Positions 30,078-38,701 of a stretch of 64,000 nt of DNA are shown piece by piece; the stretch's first letter is position 1, and each line of letters opens with the position of its first letter. The notes beneath the pieces are model-generated. The model was given only the letters and a program-made list of their open reading frames with translations, did not search any database and was not told the DNA's origin. Both the position numbers and the translations under genes were made by a program. The DNA lies in the IMG/VR virus record IMGVR_UViG_3300020219_000001; one strand, 5' to 3'. Source of the stretch: an uncultured virus (IMG/VR IMGVR_UViG_3300020219_000001). Taxonomy: Duplodnaviria > Heunggongvirae > Uroviricota > Caudoviricetes.

Positions 30078-30725
30078 ATGCGGAGTTTTAAGCGCCTGAC
30101 CCTCGTCCGCGGCGACGACTGGGAAGGTTTGTACTTGGACGGGAAGCTGGTCTGGCAAGGGCACTCGCTGGAATCGGATGTCCTGCTCGATCTGTTGCAG
30201 ATCGAGAACAACACAATGTGGGCCAACCTGGATTGGCTCCATGAACAAGGCACATTGCCAGAGGAACTGGCGGAAGTGAGACCTCAATGAGTGGATTGAA
30301 GAAGTGGCTGAAGCTCGAAGTGGACTTCAACTTGGGCGACATCGTCTACCAACGAGTGGCCAGCGACCCCATTAAGGGCATGGTGACGGTGATCCGTATT
30401 TGCCCGGGTGGAATCGCCTATGGCGTTTCTTGGGACGGTGGGATGGAGTCGGTGAACTTCCCCATCGAGTTGACAACCGAGTTCGTGAAGGAGTTTGACG
30501 CCGATGCTTAAAGAACGACAGCGCAAGCGGTTCAAGTCGCCGATCTATGTGCTCCCTGACGACACGCTTAGGGTCGCGATCACTGGTCGAGATGGACGCA
30601 CCGAGATTCACTCCGAGAAGATCAAGCGGGACATGGTGATTGACACCATCGTGACGTTTGATGTCGTGGGTGAATTCGGATTGAAAGAAGGCGTCGGGGC
30701 CGTGTTCGGGAGAACCGATGGTTAA
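30078..30725 (+). other. Three small coupled hypothetical ORFs (30078-30290, 30287-30511, about 30504-30725)
   Basis: Overlapping starts and stops. Confidence 0.5.
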
Positions 30726-31110
30726 GCAAGTCATCGTCATCCGCAAGGACCTCAACATGCGGAAGGGCAAGATGTGCGCCCAAGCATGTCACGCTGCCCG
30801 CGGCTTCATTGAGTCACAGCTTCAGTCGATCCTCGACGCCGACCGGACAAACGTCGCCGGTGTGTACATCGACCCCGAAGTGAAGCAGTGGTTCCGAGAA
30901 GGGACCACGACGATCACCGTGGGCGTCGATAGCGAGAAGGAGCTTCTCGACATCTACAGCCAAGCGAAGGGTGCCGGACTGAAGGCGCACATCGTCCTCG
31001 ACGAGGGCCGCACTGAGTTCAACAACCAGCCGACGCACACCGCCGTGGCCATCGGCCCTTGCTACGACTGGCAAATCGACAAGATCACTGGGGAGTTGAA
31101 ACTGCTGTGA
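30718..31110 (+). CDS. pth2: Peptidyl-tRNA hydrolase, Pth2 family
   Basis: KQVIVIRKDLNMRKGKMCAQACHA, DEGRTEF, T.TAVAIGP and ITGELKLL. Confidence 0.95.
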   Translation: MVKQVIVIRKDLNMRKGKMCAQACHAARGFIESQLQSILDADRTNVAGVYIDPEVKQWFREGTTTITVGVDSEKELLDIYSQAKGAGLKAHIVLDEGRTEFNNQPTHTAVAIGPCYDWQIDKITGELKLL

Positions 31111-31658
31111 AATACTTCCTCGACACCGAGTTCCACGAAGACGGTAACACGATCGACTTGATCTCGATCGGCATCGTCTGTGAGGATGGCCGCGAATACT
31201 ACGCCATCAGTAACGAGTGCGACTACAGCCGCATCTGGACGCTGGATAGCTGTGAATGGCTACGTCAGAACGTGATGTGCTACATCGGCAGCGACGATAC
31301 CGCCGGCATCTGGGTCAGCCGAGAGACCATCCGCCGCGAGATCGCCGACTTCATTGGTGCGGACCCGAAGCCAGAGTTCTGGGCGTACTACGCTGACTAC
31401 GACTGGGTCGCGTTCTGCCAACTGTGGGGACGAATGATCGACCTCCCTCGACACTTCCCAATGTTCTGCCGTGACATCCGACAACTGCTCGACGTGTACG
31501 GCAAGGTGTATGTGACGCAGATGAACGAGCACCACGCTCTGTTCGACGCTCGCCACGATCGCGACATGTTCAACAACCTCGTGGAGCGGCAGAAGATTCT
31601 GATCGCTCAAGACCCCGAGCGACTCGTCAACAAACTCGTACAGGCATTGCAATGTTAA
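31107..31658 (+). CDS. 3'-5' exoribonuclease, RNase AS-like DEDD family
   Basis: FLDTEF...LISIGIV..DGREYY, YADYDWV and HHALFDA. Confidence 0.85.
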   Translation: MKYFLDTEFHEDGNTIDLISIGIVCEDGREYYAISNECDYSRIWTLDSCEWLRQNVMCYIGSDDTAGIWVSRETIRREIADFIGADPKPEFWAYYADYDWVAFCQLWGRMIDLPRHFPMFCRDIRQLLDVYGKVYVTQMNEHHALFDARHDRDMFNNLVERQKILIAQDPERLVNKLVQALQC

Positions 31659-33198
31659 AGTGGCTCCGCATTCCGAAGAAGCCCTTCACCCTCCGGTGGG
31701 ACATGGAAGGTGAGTGCCCTTGGCGTAAGTGGCACAAGTTCGCCAAGCGCCGCTATCCGGTGCGCTACTTCCTGTCCGAGTCGTTGCCGCACTTCTGGGA
31801 GTACACGATCCGGTGGAAGATGCGGGACTGGTACTACGGGATCAAGAATTGGTTCTTCCCGTGGAACGTCGTGAAGATCAAGACGTTGCCGCGGAGTTGG
31901 TGTGACAACGACACCCGCCTACTCCACCTCTGCTTCCTGATGCTCACCGACTGGGTCGAGAAGGAGGAACCCTACGAGTTCCACTCGACTCGTGAGGAGT
32001 ACATCAAGAGCTACACGTGGGACGGTAAGGTCGATTGGGAGCGAGTCAAAGGACGTGACACGCTTCACGAGTTGTACGCCTGGTGGAAGTCATACCAGGA
32101 CACCGACGACGGTGACTACGAACTGGAGCAGCAGAAGCTCCACACACTCATCCGTCTGCGAGGTCACCTGTGGACGTAGACCTACGGGACAAGGCATGGA
32201 AGGACCTCCGAGAGTTCATGGAGGTGGACGCCGACATTGAAGTGTCGATGGGGTTTGACACTCGTGTCATGGCGTACTTCATCCGCTTCGAGAAGTGGGT
32301 TCCCGGAAAGGTCGCCTACTTCCGCTTCAGGTGGAGCGCGATGGTGTGCCTTGAAGAAGCGATCCTCGGTGGGTTGCTGCGATGGCACGTGGAATACGAG
32401 AGGGAGGTAGCGAAGTATGGCAAGGTCTAGGTACATCTACCTGGTTGTCCGCGATGGCGGCATCGTCCTCGGTGGCTTCACCGTCAAGTATGAAGCCCAG
32501 GACTTCGCGGCCCAGGACTGCCACGAGCCAATGCGGCGGCTGCGGCTCGAACGCTTGGACGACGGCGTCGGCGGCGAGCCGGAACTGATCGACTGGGGAT
32601 GGGACAAGTACATTCCCAACAACCATAGCTACAAGTGCGTGGACGGCCCCAACGCAGGGAAGTTTGTCAAGACATCCGACTTGAAGGATGGCTCCATCGT
32701 CATTGACCACTACTGGTACCAGTTGAAGGACGGCCAGTTGCACAACGTCGGAATGTCTGGGGAGAACGGCCCGAGCGGACCGCCGAGTGCCAAGGAAGTC
32801 GCCAGTCACCTCGCCAAGAAGTTCTATGACAACAAGCAGTACACGGAGCAACGATGATCGACTTTGATGGTGAAGGCGTTCTGGCCTCCGAGGTCCAGCG
32901 AGTCTCTAGGTACACGGAGACACAGACGACCATCCATTTCAAGAATGGTAAGTCGGTGACCGTCGAGGTTCCCTACCAGGAAGTCTTTGAGCTAGTCAAC
33001 GGGAACATGGTTCTCAACGGGGCGATGGCTCGCGCCCAAGCGATCTTCGACAACTGGAACGACCTCGTCGGCTTTGTTGACAAGAGCAACAGCTACTACC
33101 GCGAGATGCTCGGCCTGCTCGATGACGCCGTGAAGTGCGGCTTCCAAGCCGCACGCAACCAACACCAAGAACTGGAGAGCGAGAAGTACCTTGATTGA
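31652..33198 (+). other. Four coupled hypothetical ORFs (31652-32179, 32170-32430, 32417-32857, 32854-33198)
   Basis: Overlapping starts and stops; no motif recognised. Confidence 0.55.
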
Positions 33199-33493
33199 GG
33201 CCGCCTACCAGAAGTACCTGAAGCTCACCGGGGAGCCGGCCGCGGCCGCGACTCTCGTGCTGGCCGAGGTGATCGGTGGGAAGCCTGAGGAAGGTGACAT
33301 GCTCACCGTCAAGCAGGCCGCCAAGCGCCTAGGCGTCGGTACCAACAAGGTCTACCAGATGTGCGACGACGGTCAACTGAAACACACGCGCGTCGGCAAC
33401 CGGGTCCGCATCAAGCCGGAAGACCTCGACACCAGCGGCCAGCTATCGAAGACAGACCGGCTGACGGCCGTGCGTTCCGCTCACTTTGCTTAG
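33191..33493 (+). CDS. Excisionase-like (MerR/HTH_17) DNA-binding protein
   Basis: LTVKQAAKRLGVG...VY.....G.L...RVG..VRI; close to the integrase. Confidence 0.85.
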   Translation: MIEAAYQKYLKLTGEPAAAATLVLAEVIGGKPEEGDMLTVKQAAKRLGVGTNKVYQMCDDGQLKHTRVGNRVRIKPEDLDTSGQLSKTDRLTAVRSAHFA

Positions 33494-33501
33494 GAGAGAC
33501 G

Positions 33502-34001
33502 ATGAAGAAGTATCTACTGTTTTGCGGCGCTAACTTCTACGCGAGTGGTGGTTGGCGAGATTTCCAGAACAGCTTCGACAGTCTCGAAGATGCGATGATG
33601 GCCGAGAAGTTCTGGTACGCTTCCCACGACAAGGCTAAGGAGGAGCCGATTGCTTCCGACTGGTGGCACATCGTGAACGGTGAGACCGGTGAGATCGTCT
33701 ATCGCCACAAAGGGAGCTACAGCGGCTAATGGAAGTCCTCGAAATTCTCGACAAAGCCGGCCCGTGGCGTCTCACACGAGTCCGCTTCCAAGGAAGTGAC
33801 AGAGAAAGCTTTGCCGCACTGGTGGAGGTTGAGGGGAAGCTCGTCTTCCCTGACTGTGGCTGGGGATGCGAGAACTGCGAGGTCTGCCTAGGCTGCGCCC
33901 GCAAGCTCACCTTCAGCATCCATGATGAGCCGCTGAAGTTCAACCTTGATCCTTACGCCCTCTGTCACAACTTCGAGCACCACGTTCCCAAAGAGAGCTA
34001 G
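33502..34001 (+). other. Two small hypothetical ORFs (33502-33729, 33729-34001)
   Basis: GGAG RBS; TAATG coupling. Confidence 0.5.
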
Positions 34002-35005
34002 GCGGCGTCCTCGTCCGTCGCCTTCCGCAACGCCTCCCGAAGATGGTCCCCTCGCTTGTGGACCTTCGAGTAGACCTTCTCCAACATCCTGAGGTCCTTG
34101 TGACCCATGAGCTTCGCCAGCGTGATGAGGTCCACGCCCCGCATGATCGCCTCTGTGGCGAACACGTGACGGATGGTGTAGGGACAGACGTGGAAGCCCA
34201 GCTTCGGACGCAGGCGGAAGCACCGCGAGTTGAGCGGTCCGCGGGTCCAGGGGTTGCCGTTCGTGTCCCGGAAGATCGGTCCCTTGGGCCACTTCAGCGC
34301 CAAGCGTTGCGTGATCTCGAACGCCTTCTTGTTCAGGTGGACGACTCGTTCCTCCTTCTCCCCTTTGGCCTCTGCCCAGGGAATGACCCAGCACCTCTCC
34401 TTGCGATCGAAGTGCCGCGCCTCGACCCAGCGGGCCTCCTGCGGCCGGCACCCGGTCTCCCTGAGGATCGTGATGATGTCCAGGAACTCCTTGTCCTTGA
34501 TGGCACCCACGAGCTTCTTGAACTGCTCCGGCGTCAGGTAGACATCTCGCGCGACCTTGGCCGGTCGCTCCAGCCCGGCAAGCGGGGTCTTGTCCAGCCG
34601 GCCGGACTTGACCGCCCAGTTCATCACCCGCTGGACGCACCGCATGGCCCCGTGAACCGTGTTCGGGTTCTTGGCCTTCAGCCCTTTGATGACCCAACGC
34701 TCCACGTGGTAGGGCTTGAGCGCCTTGATCTGAAGGTTCCCGATGTACTGATCGAAGGACTTCAGGTAGAAGCGGTACCACTCGTAGGTCGAGTCCTTGT
34801 GCTTCGCCTTCGAGTAGTCCAGGAACTCGGCGAGAAGCTCGACGACCGTCAAACCTTTTTCCTTCTTAGGCTTCGCGCCGGCCATCAGGGCGTAGAACTT
34901 CTCCCACGCTTTGTCGCGATCGGGGTCGAGCCGGACCTGCTTGCCGGCGACCGTCGTGTACCAGCAGGAATGGGTCTTCTTGTAGAACGGCTTCGGTTGG
35001 CGCAT
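33998..35005 (-). CDS. int: Tyrosine recombinase / phage integrase
   Basis: Catalytic residues in TGCRPQE (R), K, YTIRH, LMGH and VY; N-terminal arm-binding-like RQPKPFY..CWY; GGAGG RBS. Confidence 0.95.
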   Translation of the reverse strand: MRQPKPFYKKTHSCWYTTVAGKQVRLDPDRDKAWEKFYALMAGAKPKKEKGLTVVELLAEFLDYSKAKHKDSTYEWYRFYLKSFDQYIGNLQIKALKPYHVERWVIKGLKAKNPNTVHGAMRCVQRVMNWAVKSGRLDKTPLAGLERPAKVARDVYLTPEQFKKLVGAIKDKEFLDIITILRETGCRPQEARWVEARHFDRKERCWVIPWAEAKGEKEERVVHLNKKAFEITQRLALKWPKGPIFRDTNGNPWTRGPLNSRCFRLRPKLGFHVCPYTIRHVFATEAIMRGVDLITLAKLMGHKDLRMLEKVYSKVHKRGDHLREALRKATDEDAA

Positions 35006-35051
35006 AGGGTCCTCCAAGGAAACGTAGAACATTTCCCTAGACCCGCATCCA

Positions 35052-35315
35052 TACCGGGACAGAATACCGGGACGAGCCGGGACAACGATCAACGATGTCG
35101 CCGTAAGTCCTTACTGCGTAAGAGCGGGAGACGAGGATCGAACTCGCGACATCCAGCTTGGGAACCAAACGCTCTACCATTGAGCTACACCCGCGGATCA
35201 GCGTTTTTCCCCGTGTTTTCTAGGGTTCCAGCATTTTAGACTAACACGGCGGCGGGTGTCAAATTCATTCGGTTTCACTCCGTTTCACGGGGCTTACCGG
35301 GACAATACCGGGACA
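35052..35315. mobile_element. Putative attP site with arm-type direct repeats
   Basis: (TA)CCGGGAC(A) at 35052, 35065 and 35077, and at 35295 and 35306, flanking a tRNA-Gly core next to int. Confidence 0.8.
35123..35194 (-). tRNA. Chimeric / pseudo tRNA-Gly(CCC), attP core
   Basis: Full 72-nt layout with loop TTCCCAA, but the anticodon stem TTTGG/GCTGG pairs poorly and the acceptor stem has a T:T mismatch. Confidence 0.8.
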
Positions 35316-35422
35316 AAGCCCAGGCTTTCCGCTTGCCACCCTTCCGGTGTCTAACGGAATCCTAATGAGCACAACCGGACAACTCTGTACGGTACCTGGC
35401 AATTAACTATGAATTGACTAGG

Positions 35423-35458
35423 TAAGTTACTTGCTTCTGACTTCTCGGCTGTCATAAT
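35423..35458 (+). promoter_or_regulatory. Sigma70-like promoter TTGCTT-N16-CATAAT with overlapping operator-like TAAGTTACTTG
   Basis: Same 11-mer and 16-nt spacer as the early promoters at 52-59 kb. Confidence 0.55.
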
Positions 35459-35502
35459 GGAAGTACAACGCTCGACTGACAACCGACCACGAGGACTCGC
35501 CC

Positions 35503-36549
35503 TTGACCAGCATCGCCGCCCACAACCCGCACAACCGTTACGACCATGCAGAAATTATTTCCGCTCAAGCGATTGCGGATGAACGGAAATTAACCACGCC
35601 GGCAGCCCTGTTCAACTGTGGTTCTACACAAACTGGCCCACCCTTCGCTACTGCCAAGATCGGCGAACCTACGAGTTCAGTTCGTTTTGACGAGCGGCAC
35701 TCAGCGGATTTTCCGACAACCGACACACGCAAGGAGGGGGTGAATCGGGATAAGGTTGTTCGGGAGGGCGGACCAATGAACGAGCAAACTGATGAACAAC
35801 TGATGGGCTTGTACCGTGACGGTAACAGGCAAGCGTTCGACCTCCTGGTTGAGCGATACCACGAGCCGTTAGTCGCATACGTCAAGCGACGTGCCGTCCG
35901 CAATGAGCACGCTGCGGAAGACATCGTCCAACGAGTTTGGATGCGAGTCTTCAAGCATCACCTGTCGTTCGACCTTAAACGGACTTTCCGAGCGTGGCTT
36001 TATTCTATGGCTGCGAGGCTCTCGATCAACGAGAGGCGGGATACCCGCAAGTTCCGTGATATGGGGGAGGAAGTCTTCGAGGAGGTTCTCACCCAAGACG
36101 ACCAGGTCGAGGTCCTTGAGGATGAGGTTGAGAAGAAGGAAACGATCGACCAGGCCATGCGTGTCCTGCGAGCACTGCCGAAGGAATACCGTTCGGTCCT
36201 TCAACTGTCCGTGATGCAAGGATTCACCGTGCGTCAGACTTGCCCACTATTGGACATCGCGATTGGTACCGTGTTCAATCGTACCCACGAGGGTATCCGA
36301 CGGCTACGTGAGGGCATGGAACAGGGCGTGGTGACGAGTGTCGTCTCGGACGCGCAGGACGACTGGCAACTGTCTACCATCCGCGACATCGTGGACCGGC
36401 TTCCCCACGTGGAGTACGGCAGCGTCGAACGTGTGCTGTTTAGCGAAACTGCGGATGATAGCGATTTGCACATCTTCGGCTCCTTCGTCCGCCGACTCGC
36501 GGGAGAAATTCTTTCTCCCGAGTTGAACAACTTGAAGGCTGCCGTGTAA
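35503..36549 (+). CDS. ECF-type sigma factor with C-terminal extension (alternative start 35776)
   Basis: TDEQLM...GN..AF..LVERY, AEDIVQ, F.AWLY and region 4 L..LP..YR...IGTV..R. Confidence 0.88.
   Translation: MTSIAAHNPHNRYDHAEIISAQAIADERKLTTPAALFNCGSTQTGPPFATAKIGEPTSSVRFDERHSADFPTTDTRKEGVNRDKVVREGGPMNEQTDEQLMGLYRDGNRQAFDLLVERYHEPLVAYVKRRAVRNEHAAEDIVQRVWMRVFKHHLSFDLKRTFRAWLYSMAARLSINERRDTRKFRDMGEEVFEEVLTQDDQVEVLEDEVEKKETIDQAMRVLRALPKEYRSVLQLSVMQGFTVRQTCPLLDIAIGTVFNRTHEGIRRLREGMEQGVVTSVVSDAQDDWQLSTIRDIVDRLPHVEYGSVERVLFSETADDSDLHIFGSFVRRLAGEILSPELNNLKAAV
36524..36549 (+). promoter_or_regulatory. Class II promoter TGAACA-N14-GTGTAA upstream of the Y-RNA/Ro60 locus
   Basis: Lies in the last codons of the ECF sigma gene, 12 nt before the first RNA unit. 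Confidence 0.75.
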
Positions 36550-36561
36550 CAAGTATAGAAC

Positions 36562-36620
36562 GCGAGCCGAATGCTGAGGGTTACCGGCTAACAATACCCC
36601 TTAGCAACTCACTTGCTCGC
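36562..36620 (+). ncRNA. Y-RNA-like unit 1
   Basis: GCGAGC/GCTCGC end stem; CGAA opposite ACTCACTT; 9-bp TGCTGAGGG/CCCTTAGCA; then TTACC; upstream of Ro60. Confidence 0.8.
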
Positions 36621-36625
36621 ACTTT

Positions 36626-36752
36626 GCACAGTGTAGCTCAACGGATAGAGCACCAGTAATTACGGGTCTCCAATCAACTCGCCCGCTCGCGGGCCGGCTG
36701 AAGACCCTTATCAGGGAACTGGTGGTAGCGGGTTCGACTCCCGCCACTGTGC
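36626..36752 (+). ncRNA. tRNA-scaffolded, strand-swapped Y-RNA unit 2
   Basis: Acceptor GCACAGTG/CACTGTGC, canonical D and T arms, stem CCAGT/ACTGG enclosing a 60-nt loop with GC-CGGC-N9-TTATC. Confidence 0.8.
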
Positions 36753-36756
36753 CTGG

Positions 36757-36822
36757 GGAACGGGTCGTAGTCTGTGGTTTATCTTTTGGTGATTTCCGCC
36801 ACGGACAATTTTTATCTGTTCC
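36757..36822 (+). ncRNA. Y-RNA-like unit 3
   Basis: GGAACGGGT/ATCTGTTCC, CGTA, GTCTGTGG/CCACGGAC and TTATC. Confidence 0.7.
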
Positions 36823-36828
36823 GCTTGA

Positions 36829-36962
36829 AGACGCTGTAGCTCAGTTGGTAGAGCACCTTAACTGGTCATCAACCTTTCGCCTACTCCAAATGGAGCGGGC
36901 CGAATGGTGATCGTTTTCTCCTTTTAAGAGGGTGGTCGCAGGTTCAAATCCTGCCAGCGTCT
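36829..36962 (+). ncRNA. tRNA-Lys(UUU)-scaffolded, strand-swapped Y-RNA unit 4
   Basis: AGACGCTG/CAGCGTCT acceptor; tRNA-Lys-like D and T arms; retained CTTTTAA loop; 60-nt insert with GC-CGAA-N9-TTTTC. Confidence 0.8.
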
Positions 36963-36964
36963 CT

Positions 36965-37051
36965 GCCGAGAGTCGAAGAACGAGGATTACCGCAATCGCA
37001 AGGCCGCTTGAAACGGCCTCAAAACGTCCTCGCTCACAACTTATTCTCGGC
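36965..37051 (+). ncRNA. Y-RNA-like unit 5
   Basis: GCCGAGAGT/ATTCTCGGC, CGAA, CGAGGA/TCCTCG, TTACC and ACAACTT. Confidence 0.75.
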
Positions 37052-37072
37052 CTCTTTCACCTGGAGTCTTTC

Positions 37073-38650
37073 ATGTCTGTCTCGCAGTACGCACGTAACA
37101 TGTCCGCTCGCAGTGTCCCGCAAACGGAAGCGTTGCCGGGAATGGTCAAGAACAATGGTGGCGGCTACAGCTACGGCGTAGACTGCTGGACTCGCTTGGA
37201 TCGCTTCTTGATCCTCGGTTGCGAGGGCGGTACGTACTACGCATCGGAGCGCAAGCTCACGATCGAGAGCGCTGCTTGCGTACTCGAATGTGCGAAGGCG
37301 GACATGAAACGGACCGTTGCTCGCATCGTCGAGATCAGCGAGAGCGGCCGTGCTCCGAAGAACGATCCGGCGATCTTCGCCCTAGCGTTGTTGAGTGCCC
37401 AGACGAATTCGGCTGAAGCGTTGGCGGCCGTCAATCAGGTCTGTCGCATCGGCACGTACTTCTTTCAATACATCGAAGCGGTCACGCAGTTCCGCGGCTG
37501 GGGCCGCGGCCTCCGGCGTGCGGTCGCCAACTGGTACCTGTCGAAGGACGCCGACGCCTTGGCGTACCAGGTCACGAAGTACCGGCAGCGGGGAGGTCGG
37601 TCGCACCGCGACAACCTCCGGCAATCACACCCGTTCCCGAAGACGGCCGGTCACAAGGACGTGTTCCAATGGATGGCCCAGCCGGAGAAGTGGAAGGCGT
37701 CCAAGCGGGCCGGCACGCGACTCCTGGTCACGTTTGAGGAAGCTCAGACCGCCACGACCAAGCAACTGGTGAAGATGATCGTTGAAGAGGGTCTCGTCTG
37801 GGAGCACATCCCGACCGAGAAGCTCAACGAGGTGGCCATCTGGGAAGCGCTGCTCCAGAACATGCCGTTGACGGCGATGATCCGGAACCTCGGCAAGATG
37901 TCCTCCATCGGGATGTTCAAGCCGCTGTCCAATGCCGAGAACCTGGTTGTCCAAGCACTCGGTGACCAGGGGCGGCTGAAGAAGGCCCGCATTCATCCGT
38001 TCAACGCCCTGGTCGCATCGACCACCTACAACGGTGGCCAAGGGATCAAGGGCAGCCTCAAGTGGGATGTGAACCGAAACATCTCGGCCGCATTGGAAGA
38101 GGCGTTCTACAAGGCGTTCGACTACGTCGAGCCATCCGGGGCACGAGTCGTCTACGGTGTGGACTGCTCGGCGTCGATGACCTGGCACGAGATCAACGGC
38201 ACTCGCATCACGCCGCGAATCGCGGCCGCCTGTCTCGCGATGGTCGGCCTCCGCTGCGAACCGCGGACCTTCGTCCACGGCTTCTGTGGCGACTTCGTGG
38301 ACCTCGGCATGACGAAGACCGATCGCTTGGACGCCGTCGTCCAGAAGATCAACAACACCCGGGCCGGCAGCACCAACGTCGCCGTCCCGGTCGAGTACGC
38401 ACTGAAGCATGGGATCGAGGCGGATGCCTTCGTCGTCTTGACGGACAACGAGACGAACAGCGGTAAGGAGCACCTCACTTCCTGCCTCGAACGCTACCGC
38501 AAGAAGACCGGCATCAAGGCTCGACTTGTGGTAGTAGGCATGGAGGTCAACGACTTCAGCAGCGCCGATCCGAAGGACCCGTTGCAGATGGACATCTGCG
38601 GGTTCGACTCGGCGGCCCCTTCGATCATCGGGGACTTCATCCGCCAATAG
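37073..38650 (+). CDS. rsr: Ro60 (TROVE + vWA) RNA-binding protein
   Basis: NNGGGY, RLDRFLILG.EGGTYY, GWGRGLRRAV..WY, KYRQR.G.SHRD, MPLTAMIRNL, RIHP, vWA DCSASM, TDNET and GFD. Confidence 0.96.
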   Translation: MSVSQYARNMSARSVPQTEALPGMVKNNGGGYSYGVDCWTRLDRFLILGCEGGTYYASERKLTIESAACVLECAKADMKRTVARIVEISESGRAPKNDPAIFALALLSAQTNSAEALAAVNQVCRIGTYFFQYIEAVTQFRGWGRGLRRAVANWYLSKDADALAYQVTKYRQRGGRSHRDNLRQSHPFPKTAGHKDVFQWMAQPEKWKASKRAGTRLLVTFEEAQTATTKQLVKMIVEEGLVWEHIPTEKLNEVAIWEALLQNMPLTAMIRNLGKMSSIGMFKPLSNAENLVVQALGDQGRLKKARIHPFNALVASTTYNGGQGIKGSLKWDVNRNISAALEEAFYKAFDYVEPSGARVVYGVDCSASMTWHEINGTRITPRIAAACLAMVGLRCEPRTFVHGFCGDFVDLGMTKTDRLDAVVQKINNTRAGSTNVAVPVEYALKHGIEADAFVVLTDNETNSGKEHLTSCLERYRKKTGIKARLVVVGMEVNDFSSADPKDPLQMDICGFDSAAPSIIGDFIRQ

Positions 38651-38701
38651 CGGGTGCTCAAACTGTCGGCCGGTAGACACATTCATCAAGGGAACAACGA
38701 C

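Noticed and set aside
34043..35239. 398-aa plus-strand ORF
   Set aside because: It is the antisense shadow of the integrase gene in GC-rich DNA, runs through attP and has no motifs.
36658..36919. Group I or archaeal BHB introns in the two tRNA-like units
   Set aside because: The inserts are only about 53-60 nt, lack a group I core and show no clear bulge-helix-bulge; they match the neighbouring Y module instead.
36626..36962. Ordinary functional tRNA genes
   Set aside because: The anticodon arms are interrupted by large structured inserts, so they are annotated as chimeric ncRNAs.
36932..37072. N-terminal extension of Ro60 given by the ORF track
   Set aside because: It overlaps RNA units 4 and 5; the ATG at 37073 has a GGAG RBS and matches where Ro60-like sequence begins.
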